A stretch of DNA of 64,000 nt. It comes from Cyanophora paradoxa CCMP329. Taxonomy: Eukaryota; Plantae; Glaucophyta. The notes beneath the pieces were generated by a model. The model was not told where the DNA came from, did no database searches, and saw only the letters and a program-made list of their open reading frames with translations. The translations under genes and the position numbers were made by a program. Of this stretch, positions 22,880-31,899 are shown one piece after another. The stretch lies in assembly GCA_004431415.1 (NCBI GenBank), contig QPMI01000407.1, forward strand, positions 32,936-96,935. Reading direction: 5' to 3'. Numbering within the stretch: position 1 is the first letter of the stretch; the number at the start of each line of letters is the position of its first letter.

Positions 22880-24364
22880 ATGAAGGTCATTCTCTCACTA
22901 TCAGGTGGAGGTGCTCGTGGTATAATTATTGCCAGAATTCTACAGCGGATCGAGGCGATTACTGGGAAAGCAATTCCACAACTGTTTGATTTCTTTGCAG
23001 GCACCTCAACAGGGGCAATAATAGCGGCCGGTTTGGCTATCCCATCAACTCCAGGCTCTGTTCTCGCTTATCGATATTCTGCAGGTGATATCTTCAGTTT
23101 ATATCAAACGAACCTACCTGTAATATTTGCAAATCCGAGATCACTCACAAGCTTGCTCTCAGGAAGCCGCTATGATGCAAACCCTCTAGAGTCGGTGCTC
23201 ACAGACGTTGCCCTAGACTACACAATTGCAGAATCGACCAAAGACATATTAATTACAGCGTTTGATACAGTTCGGATGCAGCCCGTAGTTTTCACCAAAG
23301 ATGGGCCATACTCGAGCACGCTGATTCGTGATGCAGTTAGAGCATCTTCTGCAGCGCCAACATTCTTTCCACCGAAGGTTCTAGGAGACAAAAACCTTGT
23401 TGACGGGGCCATCGCCTGTTTGAATAATCCCTCAGTTGCTGCACTCAGCCACGCCAGCAAAATTTATGATGCAGAGGATCCAATTGTTCTTGTGAGCATC
23501 AGCTGTGGTGAGGTCCAAGCTAGTGAGCAACTGACTGCAGGCTTTTCGAATGCAGAGACGTCAGGCTGGGGCGCCCTGGGCTGGATCCTATCCCTCTCAG
23601 GCAGCCCTATTATTTCTATGCTAATGGCTGGGAGCGAGCTGGAATCGCACTTTCAAATGCAGGAGCTGCTTCCAGTTGATGCAGATAGGAATCTCACTAG
23701 ATACTGGCGTTTAAGTGTTCCGCTGCCAGCTGCAGTCATGAGCAAGCTTGATGATGCCTCGCCTTCGAATATTTCTTATTTGATTTCCACGACTGATTTA
23801 TGGCTGAAACAAATCGAAATAAATGCTAAAATAAATGCACTCTGCAGTTTTCTATTGGCGAACTACGACCTACTGAACGATGAGAGACTTATCATATCGT
23901 CTACTTTAACAGTTGAGCCTCCATTTGATGTCAACTGGTTTATAATTCCAGATGCGAATATCACAAGCAACGACTTCGAGGAATTGCACCCACCTTCTCA
24001 TGTGCGACCCAACTCTACAGGGTTTCAGGGGGGAACATTACCTAATCCCTGGATCAAAGTCGAGTTTCCCAAGCCTTTTGAGCTACATCAAATCATTATG
24101 TATGGGCCAGCCTTTGCTGCCGGAGTCCTATTTAATTTCAGCATTCTGACCAACTTAGGATATTTACGAGACGGGGCACTATTTGAAAACACGGTCCTAT
24201 CAAATGTGCTTGCTGCGAACCCAACTATGACAGGCTTCGATCTAATGCATAGTGACTCGCATTTGATCACCCCACAGGTGTATAACTATGTGCAAATTAT
24301 AACAAACGAATTTATAAATGTGAATGCGTTCCGACTTGATTTCCGGGGACGTTACATTAATTAG
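22880..24364 (+). CDS. patatin-like phospholipase with C-terminal discoidin (F5/8 type C)-like domain
   Basis: LSLSGGGARG oxyanion loop, GTSTG nucleophile, ASSAAPTFF, LVDGA. C-terminus IPDANIT..PWIKVEF..YVQI..FRLDF.G. ATG at 22880 preferred over the ORF-track start. Confidence 0.9.
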   Translation: MKVILSLSGGGARGIIIARILQRIEAITGKAIPQLFDFFAGTSTGAIIAAGLAIPSTPGSVLAYRYSAGDIFSLYQTNLPVIFANPRSLTSLLSGSRYDANPLESVLTDVALDYTIAESTKDILITAFDTVRMQPVVFTKDGPYSSTLIRDAVRASSAAPTFFPPKVLGDKNLVDGAIACLNNPSVAALSHASKIYDAEDPIVLVSISCGEVQASEQLTAGFSNAETSGWGALGWILSLSGSPIISMLMAGSELESHFQMQELLPVDADRNLTRYWRLSVPLPAAVMSKLDDASPSNISYLISTTDLWLKQIEINAKINALCSFLLANYDLLNDERLIISSTLTVEPPFDVNWFIIPDANITSNDFEELHPPSHVRPNSTGFQGGTLPNPWIKVEFPKPFELHQIIMYGPAFAAGVLFNFSILTNLGYLRDGALFENTVLSNVLAANPTMTGFDLMHSDSHLITPQVYNYVQIITNEFINVNAFRLDFRGRYIN

Positions 24365-24689
24365 GCGGCGGCATGAATGCCCAGGAAATCAAAGAGAGTC
24401 CAAGACGTGTTGGAATAGTTCTGCCAGATTTATCTTTCTCCCAAAATGGTGCTCCATTACGCCCTCCCAGTCGCCTCTTTATGTAATTCTCTCTTCGCTG
24501 ATACCAAGTTGTGTTTTTGGTTGCGAGCTCCTTTTTGATTCCGTCAGGACCAAATCGGCGGTAAGCTTGCAGAAAACCTAGGTTTGTTTGTCTGCTTGGC
24601 TTATCTCCAATCGCAACAAGTGATACTTTTTTGTCCCGCATCAATGGCAAGTACTTTTCAATCTGAGCTATGGGCATCAACTGCGACAT
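24357..24689 (-). CDS. small basic viral hypothetical protein (110 aa)
   Basis: Clean ATG ORF after AAAA, filling the gap between convergent genes; GFLQAYRR..W..RR.NYI.R..PTR..LSLI.WAF.P. Confidence 0.7.
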   Translation of the reverse strand: MSQLMPIAQIEKYLPLMRDKKVSLVAIGDKPSRQTNLGFLQAYRRFGPDGIKKELATKNTTWYQRRENYIKRRLGGRNGAPFWEKDKSGRTIPTRLGLSLISWAFMPPPN

Positions 24690-24716
24690 TTTTGATATAT
24701 TGTGCCGCTTTTAAAA

Positions 24717-25673
24717 TCAGTGCGGAGCCAAGAAGGCTCCTTGCCTTCGGCTTTCCCTAGTTATGAACTGCAGTTCACCAGACCAAGGCAGGCCGTTCAG
24801 TGATACATCATCACCATCTCTGTCTACAATGCGCAGTCGCAAGGAAGTCAACACAAGACGCTCTTCGATGGGGATCCATTCGCCGTTGTGATCCTGATTT
24901 ATGTAAACGAACTTGCCAACGTCCTGGCTCATTTGAATTCGAGCAAGCCCATAATTGCACATTGTTTTGGCCCCACGGCGAAGCTTTGAAGCAAATGGCC
25001 GTAGCTCTTCGCAGACAAGGAAGAGGTACTGGTCGCTATTCATATCGATTATCTTTGGAAATTCGACAGCATAACCAAGTGGCTCACTCCGCATTCTTTC
25101 GGTGAAATCCACGCCATATTCAGGGTGTGAAGGTGTTACTGGAATGCCTGCAACCTCTAGATATCGCTCAGCTGCAGTTACTGGTCTTTGCCCTCCTTCA
25201 ATCATGATAGGAGACAGCTGGAGGGGCTCATTTCGGTTCAGCCCTAGCAGATTCGATAGAGCTTTGAACTGGCAGGTCACTGTGCAGGAACGGTTGCAAT
25301 AGGCAGACATCTTCAGTGTCTCTGGGTCCCGAAACAATTTGAAATATGCTATTACGATTCCCCCCAGTTCAAACTTAAACGATAGGCCAAAGTTGTAAAG
25401 ATCTGTTTCGCCCATATTTGCAGTAGTAATTATACCAGGCTCAAAAACTGCCAGATTTTCCGTCCAAATGTTGGGAAAGGTGATCGAAAGATACTCATCT
25501 TTAATGCTGGTATAAAGACTATTTGCGAACTCACACTGGGTAAGTCGAACAGCAACTGGATTGATTATAGGCTCATTGATTTCGAGCACAAAGTTTGCCT
25601 CTGAATCGATCGGTCTTCTGTCTCTGCTGTCAAAGGTAAGCCTGGCGCAGCGTCGATGCTTGTCTTCGACCAT
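24717..25673 (-). CDS. minor capsid (penton-like single jelly-roll) protein 1
   Basis: FDSRDR..F.L....I.N...VRL...EF.NS.Y at the N-terminus; YLFL; L..LRLRIVD..G..V.LNG..WS.EL.F at the C-terminus. Confidence 0.8.
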   Translation of the reverse strand: MVEDKHRRCARLTFDSRDRRPIDSEANFVLEINEPIINPVAVRLTQCEFANSLYTSIKDEYLSITFPNIWTENLAVFEPGIITTANMGETDLYNFGLSFKFELGGIVIAYFKLFRDPETLKMSAYCNRSCTVTCQFKALSNLLGLNRNEPLQLSPIMIEGGQRPVTAAERYLEVAGIPVTPSHPEYGVDFTERMRSEPLGYAVEFPKIIDMNSDQYLFLVCEELRPFASKLRRGAKTMCNYGLARIQMSQDVGKFVYINQDHNGEWIPIEERLVLTSLRLRIVDRDGDDVSLNGLPWSGELQFITRESRRQGAFLAPH

Positions 25674-25699
25674 TTTTATTCTCTAACTGATATAAAAAG

Positions 25700-26656
25700 A
25701 TGCCGACGGACTACGTCTGCATTGCAAGTCACCTAGCAGATGAGCTTTTATCAACCTCAAAATTCAAGGTTAGACTGCCTAAAATTTATCAGGATGTGAA
25801 AGCTGTGCGCTTGGTATCAGCTGAGATCCCCAACACAATGAGCACAATTGATATACTCGATCCAGCAGAGGATTTGGTCTTTGACACCTATATATATTGG
25901 TGCAAATATGATCCTGCAAATGAGGGACCAGACCCACCTCAGCCAGGCTTTGGTGTGTGGAATAACATTGCGATTCCACCTGGAAATTACGACGTCACCT
26001 CGCTTGTGACTAAGATAAACGAAAGGTTGACGGGGACTGGTATCACGTGCACGTATAATTCAGCGGTTAAATTAATAGGGTTCACAGCTAGCTTCGAGTT
26101 CTTTATTGCTCTGATGTTGCCACCTAACCAGGGTGGGCGGGAAGTCAGAAACTACCAGGCCGTTGCAAGGGCTCAGCGAACTGCAAAACTTCTGGGGCTG
26201 CGATCAATTCTACCGATCCGGTCTAAGGATTTATCTGTCGATGTTCAATATATAGAGGGCGCTTATGAACCTGATGTCACTCCCGATGATCATGTGCTCC
26301 TACGCATTCCTGAAATTGGTGACCTTGTCAGTATGCCCAATACTTCAATACCTGGCTTCTTTGCCAAAATTAGCATTCCAAACAGCCTTCGTCCTGGCGA
26401 GATAGCATACTATGATTCAACTGAAGCAACTCCTTTGTATAAGTATGTGTATTCAAAGCTGGACCTCTACTCTGTGACTATTGAGATTTACGATTTTATG
26501 CAGCGAATTGCTGATTTAAATGGAGCTCCTGTCTCATTTATTCTCGAAATTCGTTATGGTCCAGACGAACCCAATGGTGATGTTGTCTACGAGCTTGCAA
26601 AGCTTCAGCTCCAGAAAAGGTCAAAGACATATCCTTGGATCAATTCGTCAAATTGA
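25700..26656 (+). CDS. minor capsid (penton-like) protein 2
   Basis: FKVRLPKIYQDVKAVRLVSAEIPN, IPPGNY....L...IN, IEIYDF....DLNG..VSFILEI. Confidence 0.8.
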   Translation: MPTDYVCIASHLADELLSTSKFKVRLPKIYQDVKAVRLVSAEIPNTMSTIDILDPAEDLVFDTYIYWCKYDPANEGPDPPQPGFGVWNNIAIPPGNYDVTSLVTKINERLTGTGITCTYNSAVKLIGFTASFEFFIALMLPPNQGGREVRNYQAVARAQRTAKLLGLRSILPIRSKDLSVDVQYIEGAYEPDVTPDDHVLLRIPEIGDLVSMPNTSIPGFFAKISIPNSLRPGEIAYYDSTEATPLYKYVYSKLDLYSVTIEIYDFMQRIADLNGAPVSFILEIRYGPDEPNGDVVYELAKLQLQKRSKTYPWINSSN

Positions 26657-26701
26657 GCTAAGCGCCCAAATTATTTTCTTTCACTGCAATTATATACTTC
26701 A

Positions 26702-28086
26702 ATGGATGTTACCCAAAACTTGCAGCGGCTCGGTCTCAAAGAGCTCCTGACAACTCCGCAGGAAGCAAAGGACTTCTTCATGAACAATGAGCTTATGTTA
26801 GGTCTAACCAGCCAAACAAAGCCTGTGCGTGTTGTTGTCAACCCAAGCAATGACTATGGAGACTGCTTCGGAAAGAGGGTTACTTATTTCCTGCCCGCTA
26901 CAATTTCCTTCAGGGGCTCGAACTCCAGTTTACCCTTCCAGAGCTGACAGCATTTACTGGTGACACTGACCTGGTTCGCACTGGGTATTTGCGGTCTGTT
27001 GGTGCTCTCGTAAAGCGAATCGAAATCAAATAGGCTTCCTACAGCTACATTGTCCCCGAGGACTGGCTTGTTCACAGCGCTCTGATTTTCAATGATGATG
27101 CTCAGCTTAAAAAGAAATACCGGTCCGGTGGCTGGCTACATGGAACACCACCTCAGGGGACAAATCGTGCTGGAGGCATTTTCAGTGTAAAAATCCCCTG
27201 TCCATGGGAGGGTTCAGTGCTACCCATTGGTGCTCTATCTGGCGAGGTGTCTGTCGAGGTTTGGTTCCGTGATCGTGCCCAGGGCTTCGTCGAAACCAGC
27301 TATGGTGGTAGGTTTGTAACAGAATATGCCATAGGCGGTGATGCTTCTAAAGAAGATGGACTCGGGAGCGTGGGAGCTGCTGCTGCATCCCTGCAAACAT
27401 TGGCCAGAATATAACCCCAATGTTCTCAGTGTCACCCCTGCCAATCCCGAGCTATCGAATCCAAAGATTATTGCTCACTGCATCAACGTTGATGAGGCCA
27501 CTTTTGCCCAGGTGATTGAGAAAGTCAAAACGTCTGGAATCGCAATTCCGCTACCGATGTCGGCTGGGTTGATGCTGATTCAATTACTTATGCAGGTGCG
27601 GGAGCGCCCACCCGGATTAATCTGTCTCAAATCAGTGGACTTTGCTACGGCCTGTTCGTTAGCATTCGTAAGCAGACAAATATGAACCAAACTGACGGAA
27701 AACACAGTGTCCTCAAAACCGAGGCAAATACTCGTGATATAACTATTTCCTGCGAATTGAATGGCCAGCGGCTTTATTCAAACGAGCCTGTTCCTCTATT
27801 GCAAGGTGCTGAACTCATCGCTGATGTCTTCAAGTGCTCAAATTTAGACGCGCCTCTTAACAGATATGTTCTGACTGGTTTGCCATTTTGCATTAGTGGA
27901 GATAAATCGATTCGAAATGCTGCTCAAACTGGTTTCGTAGATCTGACGAACTCGAGCAGCTGCTTCCTGAATATCATGAATCCTGCCGCTTACGATGCAA
28001 ACAACAAGATTTACGTCCAAATTCGCGCTCTCCTGCACACTGTCCTAATTGTTGATGCTGCGGGTCTTCGTAAGGTGAACCTCTAG
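26702..28086 (+). CDS. major capsid protein (double jelly-roll type), split by several frameshifts
   Basis: ~460 codons between penton and ATPase. Beta-rich pieces FG..V.Y.LP, F.V.IP.PW..LP.GAL..EV.V.V.F, GFVDLTN. 36 of the first 50 residues are identical to the element-2 homologue. Confidence 0.75.
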
Positions 28087-28111
28087 TCGTATCTCGGTAG
28101 TTAATTTTTTG

Positions 28112-28861
28112 ATGGATGAGTCTCAAGAACTCGCAAAGTTCCAGCCGGGAGAAATGAGGGTTCCTTTTAAGGCCCTGTTTATTTCAAAGTCTAATAGCGG
28201 CAAATCCTTCTATTGCACCAAGCATCTGCTGCGGCTGCTCTATCCAAAGATTAATCGAGTCGTCGTGTTTACAGCCACCAAATTCAATGGTGAATACTCT
28301 GCAATAACTAAAGAGCTTTACGACGATTTTCAGCCATCTATCGTTGCAGAAATCATTGATTCACAGCGCAATTTGATTGAAAACAAAAAGAAAGCGCCGC
28401 AGATATTGCTAGTCTTGGACGATCTTGTTGCCGCCTCTGAAACAGTGGATCTGCGAAATAGCAAGGCTGTAAATCGACTTTTTACGCAGGGCCGACATTT
28501 TAATATAAGTACGATTCTTATGACCCAAAAACTAACAGCATTAAGTCAATCTATAAGATCAAACAGCGATTACTGCTTTTTCTTCAGTTACAGCAACCAC
28601 ACTGAACTGGAGGCCATTTATAGAGAGTTTAGCCATCTTCCAAAAGAAGAATTTATTGCTTTATTTCAAACTTGGGCTCACGATTATCAGTGCCTAGTCC
28701 TGGATGGGACCAAATACGATACGGCCTGGTTCGTCGATAAAGCTGTTGAAGATAAGAGTTTTCGTTTTACAAAATGGGTTAAGAATGAACCTGAAGAACG
28801 TAAGACCGAAGATTCTTCGCCTGTTGTCTCTAAAAAGAAGCGTTTTAAAATCTTACCATAA
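28112..28861 (+). CDS. A32/FtsK-HerA family packaging ATPase
   Basis: Walker A SKSNSGKS, Walker B LLVLDD, GRHFNIS arginine finger, MTQ, IRSNSDY. Confidence 0.92.
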   Translation: MDESQELAKFQPGEMRVPFKALFISKSNSGKSFYCTKHLLRLLYPKINRVVVFTATKFNGEYSAITKELYDDFQPSIVAEIIDSQRNLIENKKKAPQILLVLDDLVAASETVDLRNSKAVNRLFTQGRHFNISTILMTQKLTALSQSIRSNSDYCFFFSYSNHTELEAIYREFSHLPKEEFIALFQTWAHDYQCLVLDGTKYDTAWFVDKAVEDKSFRFTKWVKNEPEERKTEDSSPVVSKKKRFKILP

Positions 28862-28870
28862 GAAAAGAAC

Positions 28871-29509
28871 ATGGGTCGCGGGATTCCTAAGAAGGGCTAT
28901 CGGGAACGACGCAAGGTTAATATATCTGAGCCGAACGCTCCACTGATTGAAAGCGGCTCAACTGTGGGTGCAGCTGTTGCTAATCCTAGTGGTGAGTTAG
29001 CTAGTGACCCCAAACTAAACGCACCCGTTGCTAAAACGATCGCCTCGGCAGCAGCTAATGCCAGTGCGGTTGACGACCGACAGAGCCAGGTCAAAATTGT
29101 AAACGAAATGCAGTCTGATATTGATGATGATGCTGCTAGAATTTTACAAGCGATGGCTAGCGAACCGAGATACTCCGGTCCAAAAATCAAGACAGCAACA
29201 GTATCAAAGAGTCAGATCGAGGAACTAACAGCTAAATTGCGAGATCTCGAGGCTCGATCGGCTAATATCGAATCATACGTTAAGGAAAAGCAAGAAAGAG
29301 CTAAGATCCGCGAGATGTTGCGAAGCGAAATGTTTAAGCACAGATCTATGGATGTGCCAGATTTACGCTATTTAAAAATCGAAAAAGAGAAGGCTTCACA
29401 AGCTCTCGATTCTGCCGAAGTAAAGCCAGCAACGCCCAATGTGTCTGAGTCCAACACTACGAGTTCTCTGATGAAGAATGCGATGGGTGGGCGGAGGATT
29501 CGTCTGTGA
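28871..29509 (+). CDS. conserved viral hypothetical protein (coiled-coil)
   Basis: TAKLRDLEA..YVKEKQERAK has a syntenic homologue in element 2 (TAKLKDLEAK..YV.EKKERAK, ~55600-55680). Confidence 0.75.
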   Translation: MGRGIPKKGYRERRKVNISEPNAPLIESGSTVGAAVANPSGELASDPKLNAPVAKTIASAAANASAVDDRQSQVKIVNEMQSDIDDDAARILQAMASEPRYSGPKIKTATVSKSQIEELTAKLRDLEARSANIESYVKEKQERAKIREMLRSEMFKHRSMDVPDLRYLKIEKEKASQALDSAEVKPATPNVSESNTTSSLMKNAMGGRRIRL

Positions 29510-30083
29510 CACATCGATCAACAGTATTTGCATGCACACACTTGGAACATCCGCATTTGTGCTTCATTTCATCCCTTTTCGCTAATACCCAGACATGCCT
29601 TCCATTTTGCATGATTGTTTTTAGATTTGGCACCCAATACCACACAACAAATCTGAACTTCAGCCACGGCGTAGATGGATTGCACTGGTTACAGTTCCAA
29701 ACTACTTTTTCACTGTATTGCAACAGCTTTTGCTGAGGTATCCAGCTCGTAAATTCATTGCACTTCGCACACTTCAAACGTGCTTCTCGGACAATTGAAA
29801 TCTTATCAAAGCATCCGTATTCCTGCTTCTCTCTCGTTTCCCCGGCATAAGAGGTTACAATCTTGTCTAATTGCTTTTCAAAACATTCGTGACACTTGTT
29901 GTAATTTCGATTCCACATTGCTTCATTTTCACAGACATCATTGCAATCTCTGCAAAGAATAGAGCGAACACATTTGCGCACCTCACAAACTTCCTCATCA
30001 CTAGACTCTGTGGCCTCTCTATAATCTGAAGTGCTAAAGAGTCCTCTTGGAGCAAGTGTGCCGAAATAGTTGTGTCCTCCCAT
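29457..30083 (-). CDS. Cys-rich (multiple CxxC) viral hypothetical protein
   Basis: CRDC, CHEC, CAKC, CNQC and CSKC pairs; ATG start. Confidence 0.6.
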   Translation of the reverse strand: MGGHNYFGTLAPRGLFSTSDYREATESSDEEVCEVRKCVRSILCRDCNDVCENEAMWNRNYNKCHECFEKQLDKIVTSYAGETREKQEYGCFDKISIVREARLKCAKCNEFTSWIPQQKLLQYSEKVVWNCNQCNPSTPWLKFRFVVWYWVPNLKTIMQNGRHVWVLAKRDEMKHKCGCSKCVHANTVDRCVTDESSAHPSHSSSENS

Positions 30084-30114
30084 TGTCTTTCACTTTTTAC
30101 AATCTGAGATCTCT

Positions 30115-30482
30115 TTAAGACAAGTCAAAATCAGGCAAATCCGGAAGATCCTCTACAGTTGGTTTCCTCTCTCGCTCTGCAAAGTCAAGCATACCGTTTA
30201 CTGTTGCCAGATCATTTGATTGACAAATTTCAAAAGCACGCTGCAATTCACGTTTGTCGTACTCACGAAGATGCGGCCAAGATAACAACCATTCCGCATA
30301 TTTTGGGTCGCTAAAAACTACTTTAAGATGAGTTTCACCGCGGTACTTCCCAAATCGAATTGTTCCTGCGGCGCAGCGACGCTGCTTGTCTGCTTCCATT
30401 CTTTGAATTATATCTCGGATTTTATGTTCGGAATTTAACGCAACACAAACCTGCGATTTATGCCATAAAAAGATTTCGCACA
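30115..30482 (-). CDS. small protein with FGKYRG..DP.Y..WL motif (DUF3820/ExoX C-terminal-like)
   Basis: IRFGKYRGETHLKVVFSDPKYAEWLL; start taken at the ATG of MCEIF. Confidence 0.65.
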
Positions 30483-30508
30483 TTGTTTGTGACGAAAAAC
30501 CCGCAAAG

Positions 30509-30784
30509 ATGGATGCTGAATCATCCCCAAAGCGTTGTGGGCGAAAGCCAATTGTTGTCACTCCTGAAATTGCTGCGGCACGAAAAGCAAAGCGTGCAGA
30601 ATACCATCGGCGTCGTTACAATGAAGATCCTGATTATCGGCAACGTCACATTGAAGCCAGTCTTAAATATCAGCAGAACAACAGCGAGAATCATTTAGAG
30701 GCCAATCGCCGGTATCGCAAACGCATCTACGATAAGCTAGCTCTTTTGGAATCTCTTCAAAATCAACTTGTTATAGTTCTTTGA
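30509..30784 (+). CDS. small basic helical protein (RYxxDxxYR motif)
   Basis: GRKP..RRRYNEDPDYRQR; similar motif at 51560 and 54884. Confidence 0.7.
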   Translation: MDAESSPKRCGRKPIVVTPEIAAARKAKRAEYHRRRYNEDPDYRQRHIEASLKYQQNNSENHLEANRRYRKRIYDKLALLESLQNQLVIVL

Positions 30785-31899
30785 CTGGTTTTCCTTCTCT
30801 CTAATATTCCACCAGGGTTTAACTTGACAGTTCCAGCTGTCGCAAGTTGCTTTTGAAGGCGAAGCAGCTTCTTATTTTTTTCTATGTCCGCTCGATCTAA
30901 GTTCTCTCGCATCAGATTTAGCTCCTTCTTTCGTCGTTGCATTGCTCTCTGTGCTGCTCCTCCAGCACGCCGCTCCTCTGAATCTAATGGGACCTTCAAA
31001 ATTTGCTGGTAGGTCACTGGTGTATCCAATCCAGCGAGTTTAAATCTAAGAAGGGGTCCAAAACCCCCAATCGACTCAATTCGAAATACTTCTTTCGAGA
31101 AGGTTGGCTTTGTCGATTTATCGAAGGTTCTCCTGGTTAGCTTAACTCGAACTAGGTCTCCTACTTTAAATTCGACCTCCTTCAGGTAGTGTTGCTGCTC
31201 GTAGACCTCTCGCTGATAATCGTTGCGTGCAATTGTCTCCTTCGGATTCTCTGCTGCAGCGTTTGGCGATGTACCAATCGACCTATGCTCTGACGAATTA
31301 TAATTGCGCACAAATGCGGGCAGCTTGTCGATGTACTTATCTGTGTCATATGCCTCCATATACCGTGCAATAATTCGCTTCAAAGTTCCATTGAATCGCT
31401 CTACTTTTCCATTTGCTTGGGGTCGATGCGCTTCCACAGCATTGTGCTTAATTCCCTCAGCTTCTAATAGACTAGCAGCTGAAGCTTTAAACTCCTGATC
31501 TGTCTGAATAATATCCGGCTTGGCTGGAAAACTATCTATGAGTTTCCGTAGTGTTGAAAGGAGTGTACCTTCGCTCTTGTTCTTCATTGGAATGCTGTAG
31601 GCTTTCCGAGTCACTACGTCCACTGCGTTCATTATAAAGTGAATGCCGCGGTTTGTTCTGGCGTACGGAGTCACGTCGATTAGGTCCACCTCGTAGTATT
31701 TCTCTGCTTTGTCGAATGTTATACTTGTGAATGGTTTCTCTTTTTGCGGTCTCGCAAATCTTTGCGCTGTCGATAATTTCTCCAGCACTGCTCTAACCCT
31801 GGCAATTGGTATTTTCAACTTCTTTGCAATACGTGAGGCTGACTGAAGCCCTGTTTCTGGATCATAGTATGCCTCCTGAATTTGGGCCGATGTACTCAT
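30763..31899 (-). CDS. rve (retroviral-like DDE) integrase, Polinton type
   Basis: YYDP..G; EVDLID (D); IQTDQEF (D); NGKVERFNGTLK (E); YNS..HRSIG.SP; FKVGDLVRV. Confidence 0.95.
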   Translation of the reverse strand: MSTSAQIQEAYYDPETGLQSASRIAKKLKIPIARVRAVLEKLSTAQRFARPQKEKPFTSITFDKAEKYYEVDLIDVTPYARTNRGIHFIMNAVDVVTRKAYSIPMKNKSEGTLLSTLRKLIDSFPAKPDIIQTDQEFKASAASLLEAEGIKHNAVEAHRPQANGKVERFNGTLKRIIARYMEAYDTDKYIDKLPAFVRNYNSSEHRSIGTSPNAAAENPKETIARNDYQREVYEQQHYLKEVEFKVGDLVRVKLTRRTFDKSTKPTFSKEVFRIESIGGFGPLLRFKLAGLDTPVTYQQILKVPLDSEERRAGGAAQRAMQRRKKELNLMRENLDRADIEKNKKLLRLQKQLATAGTVKLNPGGILERRKTSQRTITS

